DNA from: a virus
Strand: one strand, 5' to 3'
Virus record (IMG/VR): IMGVR_UViG_3300037140_000126
Span: 32,001-96,000 of that record
Length of the DNA stretch: 64,000 nt
Shown: piece by piece, positions 54,481 through 63,938 of the stretch
Layout of the letters: each line of letters begins with the position of its first letter
Position numbering within the stretch: position 1 is the first letter of the stretch
Translations under genes and position numbers: made by a program
The notes under the pieces: model-generated
The model's database searches: none
Told to the model about the DNA's origin: nothing
What the model saw: the letters and a program-made list of their open reading frames with translations, nothing else

Positions 54481-56328
54481 TTAATTTGCTTCGCCGGGAG
54501 CTTCGTTTTCGCCCTCTTGCCTGTCATAAGAAGAATACTCTGAAAGCATCTCTGGATCGAGGTTCCCGAGATTCGCGTGTCTCGCAAAAAATGCGACTGC
54601 GCGGCACATTACTGTGTCATCTTTTGAATTGTCGTCATCCCCGCCACCCTGAGGTTTTCCATCCTTAAGACGCCTCGTAAACCTCATGGCTTCTTCGATA
54701 AAGGTAAAGTCATAAAAACGCTCGGGGTACTCTTCGACAAATGCACGCAATAGACCGAGCGAAACAGGCCGGGTTTTAGTCGTCATCGGAAGACCCGGAA
54801 CCTCCTGGTCTTTCTTTTGATTCATACCAACAGAACGGGCACGGAACTTGTCTTTGTGCTTGTAAATATTCCAGTAGCGCTGTTCTTCCAAACGATAGAG
54901 CACAACGCCGCCATCACCACCCGTGCCTCGCTCTACGGCAATCATCGCCATGTTGTACTGCACACCCATTTCTATCAAGTCGTCTGCAAAATCCTCGGGT
55001 GGCATACGCCCACGAATCGCTGCGACTTCTTCACCTGTTTCTTCGTCGAGCACAACAGCGGCAGAATAATCAGGATCATCAGTTGCAACTTGCCTGCCCG
55101 TAGCAGTATCCGCACCGATTACATATTTCTTCCCCTTGACACGGCGTTTGAATATTTTTATCTGCCCGTCGCGCTTCGTCACGATAGGTTCGTAACCTTG
55201 CAGCTCAACATACCGATAACGCAGAATATCACGGTCAAAGTACGATCTACCAGATACAAGAAACGCTGAAATATCATCCTCAGGGTATTTCTCGTCGAAG
55301 TTGTAACGCAGTGAAATCTTCTTGATGCGCCGAAAGCCGACTTGCCCCAGAGTAAGATGCACCCGGTCCTTAAGAGTTTTTTCTTCTGCCGTCAGTGGGT
55401 CCTGCTCGAAATCTACATCCAAATCACTCATGCGGTAGAGTTTGTTGCGAACATGCTCGGCGCTGTACTCTTTGTGCCACCACCAAGGATGGAAAAAATA
55501 CATGAACTCGGAAGTTTTATTCTGTGGATCGCGGGCCCGTATGCATTCTTCATAAAAAGTGCCGCCTGCACCGTTCGCAGTCGATTCAATATCAAGCGTT
55601 CCATCGTCGGGAATCGCTTCCTTGGCGTTTGCCAGAGTTTCCTCGGGATTGCCAGGCCAGCGGGCATACTCGGTGCAGACCAAATGATTCAATGTGAGCC
55701 CTTGTCCAACCTCATCCTGCTCTGCTGAATCCACCAAGATTTTCGAGTCAAGCTGATCGAAGACCAACTCTCGGCGGTTGCTCGCTACTGTGTGCAGCAA
55801 GTTCGCATGATACTCACGGGTCACTACGCTTGCATCCCAGTCATAAGGATTCGGCGTCCCGAAATAGCGATGCGTGCGCTTCAGGATTGCAAAGTGCTGT
55901 GCTGCGTAAAAATGATTCTGTGAGATAAGCAGGCAACCTGAACCAGGTTCTGTAATCGCGGGAAGATAAAGCCTGCGAATAATCTTGTCTGTTGTGTACC
56001 CACCTTGTCTGTACTTGAGGCAGATATTACGCTTCTTCTCCCGGTTCACCATGTCACGCTGCACATCGTTCAGCATAAACGGAACGAGACGGCGGTTCCA
56101 GAAGCCTTCGGGGAGCGGAACTTGGTCTTTACCAGGTTCTTTCTTAATGAGAATCCAGAAAAAATACTTGCAGAACTCCTCTTGGCCGAGGACGCGCAGC
56201 ATCATCTGTAGGGATTCAAGCTGGTCTTTAACGATTGCTGGATCGGGGCCTGTGCGGGTTTTTAGCGTGTTGACCCAACTAAAACCAAATCCCGGAATAG
56301 TTGTCGAAATGGGCGGCTGCGTGGCCAC
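54481..56328 (-). CDS. terL: Terminase large subunit
   Basis: LKYRQGGYTT Walker A, HLVCTE Walker B, IESTANG, FFHPWW, nuclease YVIGADTATG...DYS and DDTVMC. Confidence 0.93.
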   Translation of the reverse strand: MATQPPISTTIPGFGFSWVNTLKTRTGPDPAIVKDQLESLQMMLRVLGQEEFCKYFFWILIKKEPGKDQVPLPEGFWNRRLVPFMLNDVQRDMVNREKKRNICLKYRQGGYTTDKIIRRLYLPAITEPGSGCLLISQNHFYAAQHFAILKRTHRYFGTPNPYDWDASVVTREYHANLLHTVASNRRELVFDQLDSKILVDSAEQDEVGQGLTLNHLVCTEYARWPGNPEETLANAKEAIPDDGTLDIESTANGAGGTFYEECIRARDPQNKTSEFMYFFHPWWWHKEYSAEHVRNKLYRMSDLDVDFEQDPLTAEEKTLKDRVHLTLGQVGFRRIKKISLRYNFDEKYPEDDISAFLVSGRSYFDRDILRYRYVELQGYEPIVTKRDGQIKIFKRRVKGKKYVIGADTATGRQVATDDPDYSAAVVLDEETGEEVAAIRGRMPPEDFADDLIEMGVQYNMAMIAVERGTGGDGGVVLYRLEEQRYWNIYKHKDKFRARSVGMNQKKDQEVPGLPMTTKTRPVSLGLLRAFVEEYPERFYDFTFIEEAMRFTRRLKDGKPQGGGDDDNSKDDTVMCRAVAFFARHANLGNLDPEMLSEYSSYDRQEGENEAPGEAN

Positions 56329-56331
56329 AGG

Positions 56332-56940
56332 TTAGCGGCCTGAGGTCGTACGGCTGTAGATTACTTTTGGCACGAGGTCAAACTTTTCTTGTATCATTTC
56401 GGCAATAAGTCCATATCTGCTATCGCCCAGTCCGGCTTCCAGTTGAGACACTAGTTGCATCAGCTGTTCTTTCAACCAACCTTTTTCCCGATAGTGCAGC
56501 ACGGCAACCGCATCATCTTCTTTGATAAGCCGGTACTCACGCTCGTCGAGAAAACTATCAGGCAGCCCGACATGATGTGGCATAACGATATGATCGCCAA
56601 CTTTGATGTCACACTCGTTGAAGACCGAAATGTCGAAGCGCTTGCCGTCTTCGGAAACCTTGTCTACTTTTTCCCAATACGGCTTATACACGGCAAGCAC
56701 GACCGCTTCGATGTTCGGCTTGTTCTGCTTCTCTGGCATCAGAACACCGCCTGCTGTAACAGTCGAGCGTGGCAGCGTTCTGACAAGAATGAACGGTTTC
56801 AAGGGCTGCAGCCAGCGCTCGGTGTCCGCATACATGCGCTCCACTAGATCGGTCATTTCTCTTTTTGACTTCGCCTCAACGGCGCGTGCATCCCCACTTA
56901 CCACAATACCACTACCAAGGCGTGAGCCTATGCTTGCCAT
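56332..56940 (-). CDS. groES: Co-chaperonin GroES/Cpn10-like protein with terminal extensions
   Basis: LQPLKPFILVR...TAGGVLMPE...AVVLAV...IKVGDHIV...YRLIKEDDAVA. Confidence 0.85.
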   Translation of the reverse strand: MASIGSRLGSGIVVSGDARAVEAKSKREMTDLVERMYADTERWLQPLKPFILVRTLPRSTVTAGGVLMPEKQNKPNIEAVVLAVYKPYWEKVDKVSEDGKRFDISVFNECDIKVGDHIVMPHHVGLPDSFLDEREYRLIKEDDAVAVLHYREKGWLKEQLMQLVSQLEAGLGDSRYGLIAEMIQEKFDLVPKVIYSRTTSGR

Positions 56941-56951
56941 CTTGTCTCCCC

Positions 56952-57161
56952 TTATGCTTCATCGCCACCTATAGGTTCTCTTCTCCACAAACCTTCTTCT
57001 GGCGTTCCAAAACAAACACATCGCCAACTGTGCGCGTTGCTATCCCAAAAGGTCTTATCAGGAGTTTGGTATGTGGCAGTTTCATTACATTTTGGGCACA
57101 CAACCCGCTTTCTACAATCAGGACAGTTTGGATAGGTTATGGTTGCCATCACTTTGTCCAA
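56952..57161 (-). CDS. Zinc-ribbon hypothetical protein
   Basis: CPDC, CPKC. Confidence 0.5.
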   Translation of the reverse strand: MDKVMATITYPNCPDCRKRVVCPKCNETATYQTPDKTFWDSNAHSWRCVCFGTPEEGLWRREPIGGDEA

Positions 57162-57349
57162 TCTGACCTGAAAACGAAACTCTCACCGACTAGCTTCGTT
57201 CCTTGTGGTCTTTGCTCACGTTTGCCATGCCCATTTTTCTCAATCCATTCAATGATGCCAAACAAAAGATTTTCAAGCGGTGCTGTGTTCCCGTCATCCA
57301 AACACGGCCCTACCTTTTCAAGAAGAATACGCATCTCTTCCGTTGTCAT
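57149..57349 (-). CDS. Hypothetical protein
   Basis: Start at MTTEEM, overlapping the HNH stop (ATGA). Confidence 0.5.
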   Translation of the reverse strand: MTTEEMRILLEKVGPCLDDGNTAPLENLLFGIIEWIEKNGHGKREQRPQGTKLVGESFVFRSDWTK

Positions 57350-57885
57350 TGTTTGGGCCTTCTGTTGTACGCCTGCTCGCTCATCGTTGCCCACTTACAG
57401 TTGCCTGGCTCATAATTACCGTTATTATCCACCCGTTCTATAGTCCACCGAGATATGCCACTCTTGTATTTTCCCTTGGGCCTAGGTCCCATATCGGCAA
57501 GGAAGTTACTAAAGTCTTGCCAACGAATGCAAACTTTAATTCCACGTCCCCCGTAATATTTATAAATTGCACAATTTGGATCACCGCATCTCTGCCTCAT
57601 ACCATTCCAAATTATGTGCTCTGCTGTTCCGCATAGACCATGTTTAGTTCTCGCAACATTCAAAGCCACTATACATCTCGCGGCAACTTTCTTTTGATAA
57701 CATCCACAACTCCTCGTAGAGCCTTTAATCAAGCACCAACCATAGACAGTTTTTATATTCCCGCAATTACACTTACACACAAATCTACGGCCTTTACCTT
57801 TCTCAGCAACACGTATGATAGTAAGTCTGCCAAAGCAGTCCCCTGCACGCAGATTCTTAACGGCGAAACTAAATCTCCCTATCAT
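57346..57885 (-). CDS. Free-standing HNH-type homing endonuclease
   Basis: FGRLT...CKCNCG...SCGC...[19 protein letters not shown]...[19 protein letters not shown]. Confidence 0.88.
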   Translation of the reverse strand: MIGRFSFAVKNLRAGDCFGRLTIIRVAEKGKGRRFVCKCNCGNIKTVYGWCLIKGSTRSCGCYQKKVAARCIVALNVARTKHGLCGTAEHIIWNGMRQRCGDPNCAIYKYYGGRGIKVCIRWQDFSNFLADMGPRPKGKYKSGISRWTIERVDNNGNYEPGNCKWATMSEQAYNRRPKQ

Positions 57886-58187
57886 TGTGGCTTATTGAAC
57901 TCCGGAATTTTCATACCTGGGGGTGGCACGAAAATGCCTCCGGTGTTGCGGGTCCTGACTGGACCCCAAGCTACTTCGACACCTTGAATCTTTTTGACCG
58001 ACATTTGATAGGGCACACCGCAATGCGGGCAGGACTGCACATCAGGATGCGTCCAAATCACGAGTGACACACTCATGCTGTTAATCACCTCAGCGTGCGG
58101 CAGCATCACGACAAATTCTTTCCCACAGTCGGTATTAAAACATTTAATTTGTTGTTGCTGCTCACGAGACTCACCATTCGCGCTCAT
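57882..58187 (-). CDS. Zinc-ribbon hypothetical protein
   Basis: CFNTDC...CPHC. Confidence 0.55.
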   Translation of the reverse strand: MSANGESREQQQQIKCFNTDCGKEFVVMLPHAEVINSMSVSLVIWTHPDVQSCPHCGVPYQMSVKKIQGVEVAWGPVRTRNTGGIFVPPPGMKIPEFNKPQ

Positions 58188-58603
58188 TACTCGTCCTCCG
58201 GACCAAAGATGGGCTTGCGACGCTTTTCACGCGCTACTTTCATGCTCTCAACTTGATCGGGCTTCGGCTCCTTCGGTCGGCCGAATCCTAGCGCCCGAAA
58301 TACAGCCCGTGCAAGTCCGACTTTTTCAACTTCGGGAGCTTCAGGATACAGCAACGAGTCTGTGTAGGCCTTCGGCTGATAGATTACCCGCCCGTCTGGC
58401 AGTATCGTTGCGCCGGTGATGACATCATCGGTTGGCGTGCCCGCACAGTCGGAGCATTTCGCGGTCGAGAATCCCTGATACAGACCACGATAAATCGGCT
58501 TCCCACATACCTTGCAAACCACGGTGACAGAACCATCGCTGTTTATGCGGCGTGTTTCACGTCCGCCTTGACTTGAAAACGCTTGCAGATCGTTAATCGG
58601 CAT
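58187..58603 (-). CDS. Zinc-binding hypothetical protein
   Basis: CKVC...CSDC. Confidence 0.55.
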   Translation of the reverse strand: MPINDLQAFSSQGGRETRRINSDGSVTVVCKVCGKPIYRGLYQGFSTAKCSDCAGTPTDDVITGATILPDGRVIYQPKAYTDSLLYPEAPEVEKVGLARAVFRALGFGRPKEPKPDQVESMKVAREKRRKPIFGPEDE

Positions 58604-58605
58604 AA

Positions 58606-58791
58606 TTAATCACTCGTAAAAATCAGAACAGCGCCCTCGTCATTCTCAAATACAAGCCTGTGCGGCAAGCAGAACTCAACTTTTTCAATGCTAGTATTCC
58701 ACGCACCGCTAGGTTGGTCACTGACACCAATTTCAACAGGTACTTCTTGCGGCATTGTTCTCAACAGTCCAATAAGCTCGGCCACCGTCAT
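58606..58791 (-). CDS. Small hypothetical protein
   Basis: MTVAELIGLLRTMPQEVPV, a common phage small-protein start. Confidence 0.6.
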   Translation of the reverse strand: MTVAELIGLLRTMPQEVPVEIGVSDQPSGAWNTSIEKVEFCLPHRLVFENDEGAVLIFTSD

Positions 58792-59606
58792 AACTCACCA
58801 ACCTTCATAGGAACAGCCATTGCACGTTCGCGCTGCTCGATACGCTTCCACATCGCTTCAATTGCACGATACACTAAATCCGGCTGCACGTCACCCGGGT
58901 TGCCATAGATCATCTGATAGTTCATTGACGACCATTTCGACATCCAATTACGATGACAGTCTGTTGGGTAAATTTCTACGACCGCAAGACCCGCCGCCGC
59001 CGCAAGATAAGTCAGTCCTGAACGCACACCGACAAGTAGTTTGCCCCGCAAAGCAACACGCCAGGAAGAATCGGCCCAGACAACGGATGGTTCAATTTGC
59101 ACATTTAATTCCGGCCGATTGTTACACAGAAATTCATCCACCCTGTCACTACCAGAAAACGGCAGTAGCATAATATCGCAATCTGGTTTGATGTTTCCGA
59201 CTACGCTAGATATATCGGGTACGACTTTCACAGGATCGGAGCCGACCATGATACCGAAAATCTGTGTCACATGCTTCTCAGTCGTCAGTGACAGCTTATA
59301 GGCAAGCTCGGGATCAAACTTTACCACCTGATCGAATCCGTCCAGTGTCATGCCTGACGTGTCGTACACGATCTTTTCTACACGCGCATGCCCATCTTTC
59401 TCGATTGCGGGAATGAGAAAGTCTAACTCCCCGCCCACCTTAGAATGCACGGTCACGATTGGGTCGATGCCACGCTTGTCAAGCCACAAATAATAATCCT
59501 GCAACGCACACACAGCCGCGAGAAACATCTCGCATGTATCAGGCATCGAGTAAAAGTGGTGCTCCGTATGGCGCTCGATAGAGTTATCTTTCAATTCTTT
59601 GCCCAT
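58788..59606 (-). CDS. GT9-like glycosyltransferase (divergent)
   Basis: LLVGVRSGLTYLAAAAGLAVVEIYP resembles the GT9 C-terminal motif. Confidence 0.55.
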   Translation of the reverse strand: MGKELKDNSIERHTEHHFYSMPDTCEMFLAAVCALQDYYLWLDKRGIDPIVTVHSKVGGELDFLIPAIEKDGHARVEKIVYDTSGMTLDGFDQVVKFDPELAYKLSLTTEKHVTQIFGIMVGSDPVKVVPDISSVVGNIKPDCDIMLLPFSGSDRVDEFLCNNRPELNVQIEPSVVWADSSWRVALRGKLLVGVRSGLTYLAAAAGLAVVEIYPTDCHRNWMSKWSSMNYQMIYGNPGDVQPDLVYRAIEAMWKRIEQRERAMAVPMKVGEL

Positions 59607-59838
59607 TTCCTAGCATAGATTCTGCCGACTTCATTCGTTCATGGAAGCAGATGCTACAATAAGGTAGGTCCATGAACGAGATTGTCGATTCTCTCTGCAT
59701 CGGCCCGTGCTTGTCACAAACGAACACTTCGCTGCGCGGCAGGGCTTTCGTCTCGAACCAGGCCTCTAAATAGACATACCCAACATAAAGCCCTGCACTT
59801 ATGGGCACACCAAATATTATCCACAATAAAAGTTTCAT
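59584..59838 (-). CDS. Membrane-anchored zinc-binding protein
   Basis: N-terminal TM helix, CDKH...CSIC. Confidence 0.55.
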   Translation of the reverse strand: MKLLLWIIFGVPISAGLYVGYVYLEAWFETKALPRSEVFVCDKHGPMQRESTISFMDLPYCSICFHERMKSAESMLGNGQRIER

Positions 59839-60047
59839 CGCAGCACGCGGCTAGCTACGGCCTTCTCTAAAAGTTCATGCTGACATTCATTGCACAAATC
59901 AATTCTACCCAGATACTCCCTGTTGATTTTGTAGGTCACGAGCCATCCATCATCACGCCCAGAGGAACGTCCAAATAAAATACTCCCAGAGGAACCATTC
60001 AGTGCCATCTCTTTACTACAGTTGTCACAGTAGTGTTTATCACTCAT
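59835..60047 (-). CDS. Zinc-ribbon hypothetical protein
   Basis: CDNC...DLCNEC; start at MSDKHY. Confidence 0.55.
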   Translation of the reverse strand: MSDKHYCDNCSKEMALNGSSGSILFGRSSGRDDGWLVTYKINREYLGRIDLCNECQHELLEKAVASRVLR

Positions 60048-61060
60048 GCCAACACCTCCTGAAATGCTTGCTGCCACAAAGTCATTAACTTGCGCTGCTC
60101 GAAATGCTCTTCCGTTACAGAGCGCATGACACCAGCTAGTTCATCACGCAAGTCTTTGTCCAGCACGAGTGCCTTAATCTTTTCTTTCCAGTGCTGTGAC
60201 GTTCTACACATGAGCCATTCAAGCCGCTTGTCAAGATCGCAAAATCGTCTGTAGGGACCAACATCGCTGGCGACACAAGGAATACCTATCGCAGCAGATT
60301 CAACCATTTTTATGGAACTTTTCGAGCGGTTGAAGCGTACATCGGCAAGCGGGGCCATCGCAATGTCCCAGCCCCAACTCGGATAGCGGCTGAAGTATTC
60401 CCCTATCGGACAGAATTCACGTGTTCTGACTCGCGGATGCCCAATTAGCTTCTTAGGCGGTGCGGAACCGATAAGCTCCAAATGCAGCATAGGCAACTCT
60501 TCGATCAGGCTTGGCAGGACTTGCCACGCCAAACCAACATCGCCTTCGTGCGTATTCGATCCTCCCCAGCCAAGAGTTACACGACCCTCAGGCTTCGGCA
60601 GTGGTGCTCTATGCAGATAGTCGAAGTCAATTCCATTCGGAATGACCATAATCGTCTTCGAACGCGACTTCGGAACCGCTAAATGCACAGCTGTACGAAG
60701 TGGCTCAGTAGATACAGTTACGAGATCACACACTTCAATGCACATGCCAAAACCGCTCTTTACAGGTTCAAAGACAGCCTTCGCTGGTGAACTTCCCGGT
60801 ATAGACCACAAATCGTCATCGAGGTCATAAATTACTTTCAGGCCCATATCTTTCATCTGTTTTAGAGCCTGCATGTTTCCCGCACTGCACTGCCGCTGCA
60901 CGACGACTATATCCGCATCGCCCAGTTCCGAGACAGGCGTGCGCACGGGATGAAAGATAAATCTAGAGTTTGGGTAATGCAGTGACGGCATGAAAAGCCG
61001 ATACAACGCACAACCGTCAAGCCACGCAGGGACGAAGGCTACGGTAGGAGTTTTCTGCAT
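60044..61060 (-). CDS. Glycosyltransferase, GT-B fold (GT4-like)
   Basis: GCALYRL, VIYDLDDDLW, VIPNGID, LGWGG, DIAMAPL...FNRSKS.IKMVE..A.GIPCVASDVGPY. Confidence 0.9.
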   Translation of the reverse strand: MQKTPTVAFVPAWLDGCALYRLFMPSLHYPNSRFIFHPVRTPVSELGDADIVVVQRQCSAGNMQALKQMKDMGLKVIYDLDDDLWSIPGSSPAKAVFEPVKSGFGMCIEVCDLVTVSTEPLRTAVHLAVPKSRSKTIMVIPNGIDFDYLHRAPLPKPEGRVTLGWGGSNTHEGDVGLAWQVLPSLIEELPMLHLELIGSAPPKKLIGHPRVRTREFCPIGEYFSRYPSWGWDIAMAPLADVRFNRSKSSIKMVESAAIGIPCVASDVGPYRRFCDLDKRLEWLMCRTSQHWKEKIKALVLDKDLRDELAGVMRSVTEEHFEQRKLMTLWQQAFQEVLA

Positions 61061-61524
61061 GCAGCCACACTCCTTTCAAGAAAATCTCGAAACAGATACA
61101 ACGTCAGCCCCTGCTCATCCCACCCCATCACATAAATTGGCCCACGGTTTTCTTTCAGCACCAATAAAGGGTGCAAGCCAAGTTCTGGCTTTGCCGCAAC
61201 GGCATCATCAGCCTGTTTAATCCACTGCCATTCTTTCCATGATTTCTTACGGTATTTTACGGGAAAAAGGAAGTTCTGCCAGTCTATCTTCCGATAATAC
61301 TTACACTCTATTGCCCATGGAAAGAGTTCGGCTAGTCGGTCGGACAGGTATAAATCGCCACAGGACATTGCATGCCCGCCAGAAAGTGTAGACCGCCAGC
61401 ACTCCCTTTGCTTAATTCCATGCTCCCTGAAAGCATGCACGATCATCTTCGCAATTTGCCGCTCAAAAGCCGCACCTTTGTTGTGCCCCATTCCCGGTTT
61501 CATATAAGCCACACTCCTCAACAA
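61039..61524 (-). CDS. Holliday junction resolvase-like PD-(D/E)XK nuclease
   Basis: KGAAFERQIAK...SGG...GDL...IECK. Confidence 0.8.
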   Translation of the reverse strand: MLRSVAYMKPGMGHNKGAAFERQIAKMIVHAFREHGIKQRECWRSTLSGGHAMSCGDLYLSDRLAELFPWAIECKYYRKIDWQNFLFPVKYRKKSWKEWQWIKQADDAVAAKPELGLHPLLVLKENRGPIYVMGWDEQGLTLYLFRDFLERSVAACRKLLP

Positions 61525-61542
61525 GTATGATACAGAAACACT

Positions 61543-61935
61543 TCAGCGTAACTCATTCAAGTTGTCTTCACGGGCAAGAAAGCGCTTGCCATTCTTCGCG
61601 TCTACTACTTCATACAGACTACCGCCGTCCTTCGCAGCAGATGCGCGAATGATCGTCACTTTTCTGCCAGTCGGCTTGTGCCGAACAATACTTCCCCGTG
61701 TAAATGCGGATGCACCCTCCTTGCGTCCAGCAGTCTCCACTTTACGGTTGACGTTGTGCAGATTCTCCAGCGCAGCCTTTGCTTCTTCTTCCTGACGCAC
61801 ACCAGAAACAACATCGGGATGACCAGCAGAAGCCCGTAACAATGCAACCTGTGTGGGATTCTGCGCTAGATCGGCAAGCGACGTAAAAGAGGACTTCTGA
61901 TACCTAGTCACGGACGGCTTACTGTTATCTGCCAT
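61543..61935 (-). CDS. Hypothetical protein with a C-terminal SH3-like domain
   Basis: FTRGSIVRHKPTG...YEV...EDNL. Confidence 0.6.
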   Translation of the reverse strand: MADNSKPSVTRYQKSSFTSLADLAQNPTQVALLRASAGHPDVVSGVRQEEEAKAALENLHNVNRKVETAGRKEGASAFTRGSIVRHKPTGRKVTIIRASAAKDGGSLYEVVDAKNGKRFLAREDNLNELR

Positions 61936-61947
61936 TGCTCTTCTCCT

Positions 61948-62904
61948 TTATGCGTTCAACCAAGTAGGATTGTCCCTGTACCAAAAAGCAGCTTTCTCTA
62001 TCATCTGCTCTAATTCTAGTTTTGGTGCCCAGCCTAACGCTTTCAGTTTATCACAACAAAGTGCATATCTACGGTCATGCCCGGGACGGATGTTATGATC
62101 GTCTATAAATTCAATCTGATCCTCGGGTTTATGCAGCACCCGGAGAATCCACTTCGCCAAGTCTAGATTTTTCAATTCCCTGTTCCCAGCAATATGATAC
62201 ACCGATCCAGGCGCTACATCGGCAGTCAGCAAAAGTATAAGTGCATCCACATGATCCACCACCCAAAGCCACTGCCGCACGTGACCACCGTCACCGTACA
62301 CGGGCAGCAGCTCGCCTGCTAAGGCTTTGCGAACAAACGTGGGAAACACTTTTTGTGGATGCTGAAACGGCCCGACATTATTTTCAGTGCGTGTCACAAC
62401 CGTGTGAAGACCAAACGTATGTGCGTAGCTGATCGCAAGACAATCGGCCCCAGCTTTCGATGCCGCATAGGGGTTCGTCGGATTCAGAGGAGAATTCTCC
62501 GCGTACGCCCCCTCCAAAATACTCCCGTACACCTCATCAGTTGACACCTGAATGAACCGCTTGACTTTATTCCTGCGAGCATCCTCAAGCAACCGCAAAG
62601 TCCCGAGCACATTAGATTCAACAAAAGGGGTAGGGTCTACAATCGAATGGTCTACATAGGTCCGTGCGGCAAAATGCACAACAGCGTCGCAGCCCTCCGT
62701 CAAACCGGAAAAGTCATCCATCAAATCACCGAATACAATACGCAATCGGTTATCATCGAGAACAGATTCAAGGCGGCCACAGTTTCTTTGGTCTGTGTTT
62801 CTTGCAAACCCCACTATCGACAATTTAGACGATTCCGTTTCCAGAATACGCCTAATAAACGCACTACCGATAAATCCCAACGCACCAGAAACGCAGATTT
62901 TCAT
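61948..62904 (-). CDS. rmlB: dTDP-glucose 4,6-dehydratase
   Basis: GALGFIGS, HFAARTYVDHSI, VSTDEVYG, YAASKA, RPGHDRRYA. Confidence 0.93.
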   Translation of the reverse strand: MKICVSGALGFIGSAFIRRILETESSKLSIVGFARNTDQRNCGRLESVLDDNRLRIVFGDLMDDFSGLTEGCDAVVHFAARTYVDHSIVDPTPFVESNVLGTLRLLEDARRNKVKRFIQVSTDEVYGSILEGAYAENSPLNPTNPYAASKAGADCLAISYAHTFGLHTVVTRTENNVGPFQHPQKVFPTFVRKALAGELLPVYGDGGHVRQWLWVVDHVDALILLLTADVAPGSVYHIAGNRELKNLDLAKWILRVLHKPEDQIEFIDDHNIRPGHDRRYALCCDKLKALGWAPKLELEQMIEKAAFWYRDNPTWLNA

Positions 62905-63665
62905 TTCGCAGCCTCCGCACCTTTAGCCGTCATCCTCAACCATCGTGAAACTTTTTCCAACGATTCAAACGAGGCACCTGCATCACCCCACCAGCCTTGC
63001 AATAGCGAAAAGCCTAACACCCCCTCTCGCGCATAGTTATTGTTCAGGTCGGTGATTTCAAGTTCCCCACGCGCTGAAGGCGTCAACTCTCGAATACGCG
63101 TGAACACAGTCTTATCGTAGAAGTAGACACCGATTACTGCAAGTGGTTCATACCCTGTATCGCGGGCGGGCTTTTCGGCAATCTCTACAATGCGGGCTCT
63201 TGTATGCTCGGGATTGCTCCACACGAACTTAGGACATCCATAATTTTCCGGGTCGGTAACTGCTTTGAGCAGCACACGTGCACCTTTGCCCTGCTGTTCG
63301 AACCGTTTTCGGTATGGTGTGAGTTGATCCTCAAGAACATTGTCACCAAGCACTACACATATATCCTGCCCGGCAGCGAACGGTTCGGCAAGGTGCAAGG
63401 CGTCGGCTATTCCACCTTCTGTTTCTTGAAACGCATAAAGCAGACGCAACCCTAGTCTGTGTCCATCACCAAGCAGCTTGAGAATGTCAGATGTGGATTT
63501 GCCACCCACAACTACGAGCACATCTTCAATGCCAGCAGCTTGCATCGACCGCAACGGCCAAAAAATCATGGGCTGCCCCGCCACTGGGAGTAAGTGTTTA
63601 TTTACAACCTCGGTGCAGGGATACAACCTCGTACCTAGACCACCAGCTAGAATCACACCACGCAT
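62901..63665 (-). CDS. rmlA: Glucose-1-phosphate thymidylyltransferase
   Basis: GVILAGGLGTRLYP, NKHLLPV, LGDN, PSARGELEITDLN. Confidence 0.93.
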   Translation of the reverse strand: MRGVILAGGLGTRLYPCTEVVNKHLLPVAGQPMIFWPLRSMQAAGIEDVLVVVGGKSTSDILKLLGDGHRLGLRLLYAFQETEGGIADALHLAEPFAAGQDICVVLGDNVLEDQLTPYRKRFEQQGKGARVLLKAVTDPENYGCPKFVWSNPEHTRARIVEIAEKPARDTGYEPLAVIGVYFYDKTVFTRIRELTPSARGELEITDLNNNYAREGVLGFSLLQGWWGDAGASFESLEKVSRWLRMTAKGAEAAK

Positions 63666-63668
63666 CTC

Positions 63669-63938
63669 TCACCTGTCCATATCAAGATCAGACGGACGCA
63701 AAGCAGACACAGCACCCAAATTAAAATTCCAACTTCTTCCACCCTTGTGGCCAACAGCAGCCTTAAAGCTCGCAATCGTTGCATAGCCCAATTTGTTTAG
63801 TTCCCACGAAGCATTCCTATCGGAGCAAATATGTGCCGCTCCGTGTGTCACCTCATCCAAATAAAAACCGGGCATTCCTCTTGCGGCTGAAATATCAAAA
63901 AGTGCTGAAACACTTACAAGCCAACAATGTCCGGTCAC
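63669..63938 (-). CDS. Hypothetical protein
   Basis: 89 aa, abutting the rmlA RBS. Confidence 0.4.
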   Translation of the reverse strand: MTGHCWLVSVSALFDISAARGMPGFYLDEVTHGAAHICSDRNASWELNKLGYATIASFKAAVGHKGGRSWNFNLGAVSALRPSDLDMDR

